The notes beneath the pieces are model-generated. The model saw nothing but the letters and a program-made list of their open reading frames with translations. It made no database searches and had not been told where the DNA came from. The translations under genes and the position numbers were made by a program. Of a stretch of 64,000 nucleotides of DNA, positions 56,865-64,000 are shown piece after piece; position 1 is the stretch's first letter, and every line of letters begins with the position of its first letter. Where the stretch lies: the NCBI GenBank assembly GCA_965226475.1, contig CBDDDJ010000004.1:1821963-1885962 (forward strand), written 5' to 3'. This DNA is from Alphaproteobacteria bacterium (GTDB lineage Bacteria; Pseudomonadota; Alphaproteobacteria; GCA-2731375).

Positions 56865-57456
56865 GTGCCGTCCGGTTTAGAGCCGAATTGCCATGGCCGA
56901 AGGACCGTGGCCGGCTTCGCCGACCGGGCCGAGGAATTGGCTTTCGATTCGGTCTGGGTCTGTGATTCCACCCACGCGCGGCCCCGACGAGAGCCGCTGA
57001 CCCTGCTCTCGGCGGTAGCGGGCCGGACCGAACGGGTGAAGCTCGGCGCCGGCGAGCCTGGACCGCGTCGGCGAATATTTCGACGGCTGGATGCCCACGG
57101 GACCGGACGACCCCGCCGTCTGGGCCGAACAGTGGGAAACGGTCAAGAGCAGCGCGGCGGCGGCGGGCCGCGATCCGGGCGCGCTCGTCGGTGCCCTCTA
57201 CGCGACGGTCACGGTGGCGGAAAACGCCGAGATCGGCGAGGAACGGATCATGGACTTTCCGCGCGCCTACCACGGCCCGGTGGCCGAGGAAATTCGCCGT
57301 GGAGAGGCCTGCTGCGGCGGCTCGGTCGAAGGGCTCGGCCCGTGGCTGCAAGGATTTGTCGACGTCGGCGTCCGCCAGATTGTCCCGCGCTTCGCCGGTG
57401 ATCACGAGGCCCAGATGGACGCGGTCGCCCGCTTCCGGCGGGCCCGGGGCTGGTAG
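56865..57456 (+). pseudogene. Degraded remnant of an LLM-class F420/flavin-dependent oxidoreductase gene (N-terminal truncation and internal deletion with frameshift)
   Basis: One frame gives ...GFADRAEELAFDSVWVCDSTHARPRREPLTLLSAVAGRTERVKLGAG. Another gives ...LDRVGEYFDGWMPTGPDDPAVWAEQWETVKSSAAAAGRDPGALVGALYATVTVAENAEIGEERIMDFPRAYHGPVAEEIRRGE... About 150 central residues expected for the family are missing. Confidence 0.5.
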
Positions 57457-57457
57457 C

Positions 57458-58276
57458 TCAGCCCCCGTGGACCCACCAGAGCAGGCCGCCACCCAGCATC
57501 AGCCGGTAGACGACGAAGACCGTGTAGTTGGCGCGGCGGACCCAGAACATCAGAAAGGCGATGCCGAGAAGCGCCGCGACGAAGGCGAGCGCGCCGGCCG
57601 CGAGCGCGGCGATGCCGAAGTCCAGATCGCCGCTCGCCACCACTTTGACGGTGGCATAGCCGCCCGCCGCCAGGATCGCCGGGATCGACAGCAGCATGGA
57701 GAAGCGCGCCGCCTCCCCCCGCTCCATGCCCAGGAGCCGACCGCCGATGACGCAGGCGCCGGCCCGGCTGGTGCCGGGGATGAGCGCGAAGCACTGGAGG
57801 AGGCCGATCAAGAACGCCCGCCGCCAGTCCAGCCTGTCGACGGTGCCCGCGACGAGCGGCGAACGGTCGACCGCATAGAGGATGACGGCGAAGACGATGG
57901 TCGCCCAGGCGATCACCTCGACGGAACGGAGCATCTGGTCGATGTCGAGGCGGGTGACCAGGATGCCGGCGACGATCAGCGGGATCGTTCCGACGATGAG
58001 CAGCATCAACAAGGGCGTGCCGGCCGTCCCGCGACGGCGCGGCAAGGCCATGAGCGCCGACCAGAGACGCCGCACCTCGTCGCGAAAATAGATCAACACC
58101 GCGACCAGGGTGCCGACGTGCACCGCGATGTCGATCTCCAGCCCCTGGTCCGGCCAGTCGGCGACCAGCGGCACCAGGATCAGATGCGCGGAGGAGCTGA
58201 TCGGCAGAAATTCGGTCACGCCCTGGATCAAGGCCAGGACGACGATCTGCACCATGCCGAGGGGGGCGTCCGCCAT
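57458..58276 (-). CDS. uppP: Undecaprenyl-diphosphate phosphatase
   Basis: MVQIVVLALIQGVTEFLPISSSAHLILVP..., then ...LIPGTSRAGACVIGGRLLGMERGEAARFSMLLSIP. Confidence 0.85.
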   Translation of the reverse strand: MADAPLGMVQIVVLALIQGVTEFLPISSSAHLILVPLVADWPDQGLEIDIAVHVGTLVAVLIYFRDEVRRLWSALMALPRRRGTAGTPLLMLLIVGTIPLIVAGILVTRLDIDQMLRSVEVIAWATIVFAVILYAVDRSPLVAGTVDRLDWRRAFLIGLLQCFALIPGTSRAGACVIGGRLLGMERGEAARFSMLLSIPAILAAGGYATVKVVASGDLDFGIAALAAGALAFVAALLGIAFLMFWVRRANYTVFVVYRLMLGGGLLWWVHGG

Positions 58277-58604
58277 GATTTGCCCACTTTCACGTCAGTG
58301 GTCCTGCTCGCCCACGCCGAGACAGCCGTCGGCGCGGTGACCGCCAAGCGGTTATAGCACGACCTGTCGGCACCATCCCCGACGACTTAATAATAACGAA
58401 ACAGGACTAAATTCAGAATTGGCATCGCGTGGACTTGACCGAAATCTCATGAATTCCCCCACTGCTGTCCCAACGTTTCTCTTCGGGTTTTGGTTAGCTG
58501 ATTGATTTCACAATCAGATTACAGATCTTTGCCTGTCACCGATTTGGACATCGTTTGATCTGTCCACCATGCTCGCCGCTTGAGCCTTCAGGGGAGAATG
58601 GCGC

Positions 58605-58740
58605 ATGCATTCGGGGAAGGTCGTGTTCGCGCAGGTCATGGAACACCTGCCCCTCCACGGCTTCCGTCGTTGCGTTCGTCGCTATCGTGGTCACTACAAG
58701 GTCAAGAGCTTCACCTGCCTCGACCAATTCCTCTCCTGGA
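58605..58740 (+). mobile_element. IS4-family transposase N-terminal fragment (DUF4372-type), a remnant
   Basis: MHSGKVVFAQVMEHLPLHGFRRCVRRYRGHYKVKSFTCLDQFL matches the conserved IS4-family N-terminal domain. Homology is lost after about 45 aa. An AT-rich leader precedes it at 58340-58600. Confidence 0.55.
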
Positions 58741-58810
58741 GTTCCCCCGGTTTCGTGGACTGTCAAAGATTAGCGCGACGGGGGGGGTATGCTCCTCTCG
58801 TAGTTGATCG

Positions 58811-59060
58811 GTGATTTATATCCGATGGCGGAGTGGCGCCCCCGGCTGGCTGGAGATCCGGGTCGACTTCCTCTCGGCCAACGCGGTCCGCATGAAGCCG
58901 GGCCAGCGGGCGTGGCGGGCGACGTCGTCGCCCGCCGGCCCCGTCCCGAACGTCGAGGCGCGCCGCATGCGTGATCAAGAAGGTCGTCCCGTCAGCGAGA
59001 TCGCGCGACACTTCGGCGTCGGCCATCAGACGGTGCGACGCGCGACGTGGAGGGATTTTC
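58811..59060 (+). other. Possible transposase-like HTH fragment (a second IS remnant)
   Basis: ...RRMRDQEGRPVSEIARHFGVGHQTVRRA... resembles an IS630- or resolvase-type HTH. The remainder is Arg/Pro-rich noise. Confidence 0.25.
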
Positions 59061-59066
59061 GGCTTC

Positions 59067-61076
59067 TCAAAGCAACGGCACGACCTTGCGCACTTCCAGC
59101 CGGCCGTCGGCGCGGGCCTGGATCATGCCGAGGCCCGAGGGACCGAGGTGAACGGCGTCCGCCTCCTGGCCCTCCGCGATCTCCACCCAGCCGCGCAGCA
59201 CCGCGCCGCGCCCGCCGGTGAGTTCGACCAGGCCGCCGGCTTCGACGCCGAGCTCCCCCGCCAGGCTCGGGGCCAGGCGGAAGATCCGCCGGGCGCCCTC
59301 GAAGATCTCCTCGTTGGCGGGTGCCAGGCGGACGATCCGGCGCGCCTCGCGGAGCGCCTGGCGCTTGGCCTCGCTCGGCGCGGGATCGATGGCGCCGTCT
59401 TCGTCCAGGACCAGGCCGTAACGGATCTCCGCCTGATCCGCCGTCAGATAGCCCTCGGCTATATCCTCGGCCACGCGCGCCAGCGCGCGTTCGAGAGGAT
59501 CGCCGGCGCCGCCACCGCCCGAGGATTCGATTCGCACGATGTCGCCCGGGCCGAGCGGGAAGCCCGAGACCTTGCCCGGCACCGGCGAGGGTTCGATCAC
59601 CGCGTCCTCGCGCACGACGGTGAAGCGGTTGCCGGCGCCGGGCCCGCCGCCGTCGACGCCCGCCGGCGGCAGCATGTTCTTCTCCGACAGCACCGACAGC
59701 ACCGCGCGCCCGTGCAGCACCCGGATGTCGCGCCGCAGGCCGAAGCCGCCCCGCTCGCGCCCGTCGCCGCCCTGGCCCTCGCGCAACTCGCAACGTTCGA
59801 CGCGGAGGGGGAAGAGTGATTCCACCACTTCGGAAGAGTTGATCGAGTTGAAATCGCCCTCGGAGAAATAGCGCACCGCGTTGTTGCCGTCCCCGAAGGT
59901 GGAAGCGCCGGTGCCGCCGGCCGGCCATTCATAGAGCATGTAAATGCCGTCCCCGTCCGGATTGGGGCCGGAGACGTAGACGTGATTGCCGCCCCCCTTA
60001 TTGTCGCCGGTCGCCTTCTCGGGCACCGCTTGGCTCATCGCCGCCGTCACCACCGTGTCCATCAGGGCCTTGCACTCGACCATGCCGCCACAGGGCGCGG
60101 GATAGCGGGCGTTGATGAAGCTCCGCTCCGGCGCGATCACGGTGATCGGCGCGAAGGCGCCGTGGTTGATCGGCGTCGACGGATCGAGGAAGGATTTGAC
60201 GATGGTACCGACGGCGTTCAGCGCCATGGCCGGTCCGACGTTGGTCGGCCCGTTGGTCTGGGGCGAGGTGCCGGTGAAGTCGGCGGTGATTTCGTCGCCT
60301 CGAATTGTGAGAGTCAGGCGGGTCACCAGCGGGTCGGGGTTGTGGCCGTCGCTTTCGATATAGCCCTCGGCCCGGTAGACGCCGTCCGGGCAGTCGCGGA
60401 TCCGCGCCCGCATCAACGCCTCCGATTTCCCGAAGATGGTCTCCACGTCGTCCATCAGGCCGCCGCCGAAGCGGGTGAACAGCCGTTCGACGTGCTCGGC
60501 GGCCTTACGGCAGGTGCCGAGCATGGTGTTGAAGTCGCCGCGCCGTTCGCGCTGGTTGCGCATGTTGTTGAACATCAGCTCCAGGAAGGCGGTATTCATC
60601 TCTCCCTTGTCGCAGATCCGGGTCGGCTCCACCCGGATGCCTTCCTGGATGATTTCGTTCACCCGGCCGGAGAGGCTGCCGGGCGTCATGCCCCCGACGT
60701 CGCCCCAGTGGCAGCGCGCGGCGGCGAACATCACCAGCTCGCCATCATGGAAGATCGGATAGAGCATCAGCACGTCGTTCAGGTGCGTGCCGCCGGTGTA
60801 GGGATCGTTGTGGAAGAAGATGTCGCCCTCGTGGATGTCGCCGGCGAAGCTGCGGGCGACCTCCCGCGTCGAATAGGGCACGGGGAAGATGTGCAGGGGA
60901 TGGTCGTCGAGCGACTGCGCCACCTGGCGGCCATCGGCGCTCATCAGGCCGCAGGAAAAGTCGTGGCCTTCGTATATGATCGAGGAGTAGGACGCGTGGA
61001 TGATGTTGGCCCGCATCTCGTTGACGACGGCGACGAGGGATTCGCGGATCAGTTCCAGGCGGACGGGGTCTTCCAT
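59067..61076 (-). CDS. Hydantoinase B / 5-oxoprolinase (HyuB) family protein with a C-terminal extension of about 90 aa. No HyuA partner is adjacent
   Basis: MEDPVRLELIRESLVAVVNEMRANIIHASYSSIIYEGHDFSCGLMSADG..., then ...HNDPYTGGTHLND... The C-terminal part ...RLAPSLAGELGVEAGGLVELTGGRGAVLRGWVEIAEGQEADAVHLGPSGLGMIQ is not typical of HyuB. Confidence 0.75.
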   Translation of the reverse strand: MEDPVRLELIRESLVAVVNEMRANIIHASYSSIIYEGHDFSCGLMSADGRQVAQSLDDHPLHIFPVPYSTREVARSFAGDIHEGDIFFHNDPYTGGTHLNDVLMLYPIFHDGELVMFAAARCHWGDVGGMTPGSLSGRVNEIIQEGIRVEPTRICDKGEMNTAFLELMFNNMRNQRERRGDFNTMLGTCRKAAEHVERLFTRFGGGLMDDVETIFGKSEALMRARIRDCPDGVYRAEGYIESDGHNPDPLVTRLTLTIRGDEITADFTGTSPQTNGPTNVGPAMALNAVGTIVKSFLDPSTPINHGAFAPITVIAPERSFINARYPAPCGGMVECKALMDTVVTAAMSQAVPEKATGDNKGGGNHVYVSGPNPDGDGIYMLYEWPAGGTGASTFGDGNNAVRYFSEGDFNSINSSEVVESLFPLRVERCELREGQGGDGRERGGFGLRRDIRVLHGRAVLSVLSEKNMLPPAGVDGGGPGAGNRFTVVREDAVIEPSPVPGKVSGFPLGPGDIVRIESSGGGGAGDPLERALARVAEDIAEGYLTADQAEIRYGLVLDEDGAIDPAPSEAKRQALREARRIVRLAPANEEIFEGARRIFRLAPSLAGELGVEAGGLVELTGGRGAVLRGWVEIAEGQEADAVHLGPSGLGMIQARADGRLEVRKVVPLL

Positions 61077-61145
61077 GGGGCGGGCCTCGGGTGAACGGTG
61101 TTGCGCGCATCCTAGCGGTTGCGCGCGGCCAAGGGGAGGGAGTGA

Positions 61146-62054
61146 GTGGCGATGGCCAAGGAGTTTCCGGTCTGGCGGTCGATGATGTTCGTGCCGGCGA
61201 ATGTGCTGCGGTTCGTCGAGAAGGCGCACACGCGCGGTGCCGACGCCTATATCGTCGACCTGGAGGACAGCGTGGTGGAGGCCGAGAAGGCCGCCGCGCG
61301 GGGAATCGTGCAGGAGGTCGCGGCGACGGTGAGCCAGGCCGGCGCCGACGTCATCGTCCGTATCAACCGGCCCTGGCGCCACGCCGTGCGCGACCTGGAG
61401 GCGGCGATCTCGCCCACGGTCCACACGCTCGCCCTGCCGAAGGTGGCGGACGCCGGCCACGTCCGCGCCATCGCCGAGGTCTGCGACGAGATCGAGGCGG
61501 AGCGCGGCATGACCCCCGGCCACACCAGACTCTGGGCCCTGGTGGAGACGGCCGAGGGCCTGTTCAACGCGCGCGAGATCGCGGCCGCGCACGAGCGCTT
61601 GATCGCCCTCTCGCTCGGCAGCGAGGATTTCGCACTCGACATCGGCATGGCGCCGGACGTCGACGGGCTCTACCCGCCGACCATGGAATGCGTCTTCGCC
61701 GCCCGGGCGGCGGGGATCATGCCCTTCGGCTTCTTGGGCTCGATCGCCGGCTTCGGCGATCTCGACGCCTTCCGCGCGCTGATCCAGCGTTCCCGCTCGC
61801 TGGGCTTCGTCTCCTCCTCCTGCATCCACCCGGCCCAGGTGCCGATCCTGAACGAGCTTTATGGGCCGACCCCGAAGGAACTCGATTACGCGCGCCGCGT
61901 GATCGAGGGAATGCGGGAAGCCGAGGCCGAGGGGCGCGGTTCCTTCCAGCTCGACGGCAAGATGATCGACATCCCGATCGTGGTCCGCGCCGAACGCCTG
62001 ATGGCCCGCCACGCGGCGCTCGAAGCCCGCGCCGCCACGAACCAGGAGGCTTGA
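61146..62054 (+). CDS. HpcH/HpaI aldolase / citrate lyase beta (CitE)-like CoA-ester lyase, second copy
   Basis: ...WRSMMFVPANVLRFVEKAHTRGADAYIVDLEDSV..., ...ALPKVADAGHV... Confidence 0.8.
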   Translation: MAMAKEFPVWRSMMFVPANVLRFVEKAHTRGADAYIVDLEDSVVEAEKAAARGIVQEVAATVSQAGADVIVRINRPWRHAVRDLEAAISPTVHTLALPKVADAGHVRAIAEVCDEIEAERGMTPGHTRLWALVETAEGLFNAREIAAAHERLIALSLGSEDFALDIGMAPDVDGLYPPTMECVFAARAAGIMPFGFLGSIAGFGDLDAFRALIQRSRSLGFVSSSCIHPAQVPILNELYGPTPKELDYARRVIEGMREAEAEGRGSFQLDGKMIDIPIVVRAERLMARHAALEARAATNQEA

Positions 62055-62057
62055 CCC

Positions 62058-62852
62058 ATGAGCCAGGCGAGACAATCCGGCTATGCCGACAACCCCGACT
62101 ACGACGTCCATTTCGAGCCCTGCCCGAAGCGAATCCGCGCCTTCCTCGGCGGGGAGGCGGTGGCCGACTCGACCCGGGCGATGCGGCTGCACGAGACCCG
62201 CCACCTGCCGGTCTACTACTTCCCGCGCGAGGACGTGCGCCTCGACCTGCTGAGCCGCGCCGAGCATTCGACCTATTGCCCCTACAAGGGCGAGGCGAGC
62301 TACTGGACGGTCGAGGCCGGCGAGACCCAGGCCGAAAACGCGGTCTGGAGCTACGAGACACCTTATCCCGAGACGGCCGAAATCCGCGACTACATGGCCT
62401 TCTACTGGAACCGGATGGAGCACTGGATGGAGGAGGACGAGGAGGTCTGCGTCCATGCCCGCGATCCCTACGTCCGGATCGACGTGGTGAAGAGTTTCCG
62501 CCCGGTCGAGGTGCGCCACTTCGGCCGCGCGGTCGCCCGCAGCGATGCCGCCCTATTCCTCTTCGAGACCGGTCTGCCGACCCGCTACTACCTGCCGGCC
62601 GACGATGTCGACATGGCGGCACTGGCGGCGACGGCGACGCGCACCATGTGCCCCTACAAGGGCGAGGCTAATTATTGGAGCCTGGTCGACGGCGCGGAAC
62701 GCGAAGAGGACGCGGTCTGGAGCTATGCCTCGCCGCTGCCGGAATGCGCCGCCATTGCCGGCCATCTTTGCTTCTATCAAGAACGGGTTGAGGCGATCCT
62801 GGTCGGCGGCAAGGCGGTCGAACGCCCGGAAACCAAATGGTCGCGCCGATGA
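62058..62852 (+). CDS. DUF427-domain protein with two tandem DUF427 repeats
   Basis: The module ...YCPYKGEASYWTVEAGE...AVWSYETP... recurs as ...MCPYKGEANYWSLVDGAE...AVWSYASP... Confidence 0.75.
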   Translation: MSQARQSGYADNPDYDVHFEPCPKRIRAFLGGEAVADSTRAMRLHETRHLPVYYFPREDVRLDLLSRAEHSTYCPYKGEASYWTVEAGETQAENAVWSYETPYPETAEIRDYMAFYWNRMEHWMEEDEEVCVHARDPYVRIDVVKSFRPVEVRHFGRAVARSDAALFLFETGLPTRYYLPADDVDMAALAATATRTMCPYKGEANYWSLVDGAEREEDAVWSYASPLPECAAIAGHLCFYQERVEAILVGGKAVERPETKWSRR

Positions 62853-64000
62853 CGGCGGTGGACCGCGCGTTTCTCGTCTCCCTCTTCGAAGCGGCGGTGG
62901 CGGCCGCCGACCCGGCCCTGGCGATTCCCGGCACCTTGCCGCCGCCGCCCCGTGGCCGCACCGTCGTCGTCGGCGCCGGCAAGGCGGCGGCCAGCATGGC
63001 GGCGGTGGTGGAGCGGGCCTGGGACGGCCCCTTGTCCGGCCTGGTGGTGACCCGCGACGGCCACGGGACGCCGACGGAGCGAATCGAAGTGGTCGAGGCC
63101 GCCCATCCCGTGCCCGATGGGCGGGGACGGGAGGCGGCCGGCCGAATCCTGGAACTGGCAAGGGACCTCGGCGCGGACGACCTGTTGCTGGTGGTGATGT
63201 CCGGCGGCGCCTCGGCGCTGTTGATCCAGCCGGCGCCAGGCCTGAGCCTGGAGGACAAGCAGGCGGTGAACCGGGCATTGCTGACCTCCGGCGCGCCCAT
63301 CGACGAGATGAACTGCGTGCGCAAGCACCTCTCCGCCATCAAGGGTGGGCGGCTCGCGGCGGCGGCGGCTCCGGCCCGCGTCGTCGCCCTGGCGATTTCC
63401 GACGTGCCGGGCGACGACCCGGCGGTGATCGGCTCCGGCCCCACGGTCGGCGACCCGACCACCGTCGCGGATGCCCTGGCGATCCTGGTGAAATACGGCC
63501 TGACGCCACCGCCGGCGGTGGCCGCCTGGCTCGCCGGCGGGACGGCCGAGACCCCGAAGCCGGGCGATGCCAGCCTCGCCTCGGCCGAAACCCACGTGAT
63601 CGCGACGCCGATGATGGCGCTGGAGGCGGCTGCGGCGCGGGCCTGGGCGGCCGGCTACGAGGTCGAAATCCTGGGCGACGCGCTGGAAGGCGAGGCGCGC
63701 GAACTGGCGGCCGAACACGCGGCGCTCGCCCTCCGGCGTCGGGCCGAGGGCCGGCGCCTGGCGCTGCTTTCCGGCGGCGAGACCACGGTGACGGTGCGGG
63801 GCGAGGGGCGCGGCGGACGGAACGCCGAATACATGCTGGGTCTTGCCCTGGCGCTCGACGGCGCCGAGGGCATCCGGGCCATTGCCTGCGACACCGACGG
63901 CATCGACGGCACCGAGGACAACGCCGGGGCGATCGCCGATCCTGATTCCCTTGCCCGGGCACGCGATCTGGGCCTGGATCCGGTGGCGGCGCTAGGGCGC
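62849..64000 (+). CDS. Glycerate kinase (glycerate 2-kinase, GckA/TtuD family; MOFRL domain). The 3' part runs off the window end
   Basis: It has an ATGA overlap with the upstream stop. It reads MTAVDRAFLVSLFEAAVAAADPALAIPGTLPPPPRGRTVVVGAGKAAASMAAVVERAW...VVMSGGASALL...HLSAIKGGRLAAAA... It is open to position 64000. It is not in the supplied ORF track because it has no stop within the window. Confidence 0.75.
   Translation, partial: MTAVDRAFLVSLFEAAVAAADPALAIPGTLPPPPRGRTVVVGAGKAAASMAAVVERAWDGPLSGLVVTRDGHGTPTERIEVVEAAHPVPDGRGREAAGRILELARDLGADDLLLVVMSGGASALLIQPAPGLSLEDKQAVNRALLTSGAPIDEMNCVRKHLSAIKGGRLAAAAAPARVVALAISDVPGDDPAVIGSGPTVGDPTTVADALAILVKYGLTPPPAVAAWLAGGTAETPKPGDASLASAETHVIATPMMALEAAAARAWAAGYEVEILGDALEGEARELAAEHAALALRRRAEGRRLALLSGGETTVTVRGEGRGGRNAEYMLGLALALDGAEGIRAIACDTDGIDGTEDNAGAIADPDSLARARDLGLDPVAALGR

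Noticed and set aside
1-64000. tRNA, rRNA and CRISPR arrays
   Set aside because: No T-loop-like GGTTCGAATCC motifs in a cloverleaf context, no rRNA-like conserved stretches and no regularly spaced direct repeats were seen. The only periodic repeats are IS-associated (22072-22110) and a 22-bp tandem duplication (49189-49232). A covariance-model scan would be needed to be sure.

Overview
This is a 64-kb window of high-GC (~67%) chromosomal DNA, most plausibly from an alphaproteobacterium (Rhodospirillales-like). That placement rests on the tsaD/hemC divergent pair, the hemC-hemD-hemY operon, the DUF882/YcbB-like pair and the gene content generally. Most of the window is housekeeping and catabolic genes: L,D-transpeptidase, purEK, hemCDY, tsaD, uppP, clpS, panE and ivd. 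There are many oxidoreductase paralogues: three luciferase-like (LLM) monooxygenase genes or remnants, three SDRs, two CitE-like lyases and two GNATs. Scattered through the window are hydantoin-utilisation-like genes: an M20 amidohydrolase, an Asp/Glu/hydantoin racemase and a lone HyuB-like protein. The features that stand out are as follows. (1) Two genes carry an in-frame TGA at a redox-motif position followed by a stem-loop. One is a UGSC-type ORF at 16888-18603. The other is a peroxiredoxin-like ORF at 45754-46401 in which TGA replaces the usual peroxidatic Cys. Both are probable selenoproteins that ORF callers split in two. (2) There are three mobile-element regions. The first is a nested or tandem IS1595-family plus IS3-family cluster at 2294-4948. 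It has three related terminal repeats and perfect 14-bp flanking direct repeats, and it sits between an ldtD-like and a mepK-like gene. The second is an ISNCY/IS481-like element at 22057-23462 with 15-bp flush direct repeats and an internal 52-bp palindrome, immediately upstream of purEK. The third is a set of IS4-family remnants at 58605-59060. (3) Two small paralogous proteins of about 94 aa (20745-21026 and 38951-39238) share the motifs MEIRKLNAL and PRGGY..RRGRGRV. Each lies next to an unusually AT-rich promoter island, and their function is unknown. (4) Several genes are interrupted at homopolymer tracts (G7 at 14296-14302, C10 at 41647-41656, T4 at 55377-55380). There is also a 1-nt shift at about 7040 and a 22-bp tandem duplication at 49189-49232. 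These are either real pseudogenes or indel and assembly errors. (5) A single 670-aa ORF appears to fuse HemD with a HemX-like membrane coiled-coil protein. No rRNA, tRNA or CRISPR array was recognised by eye.
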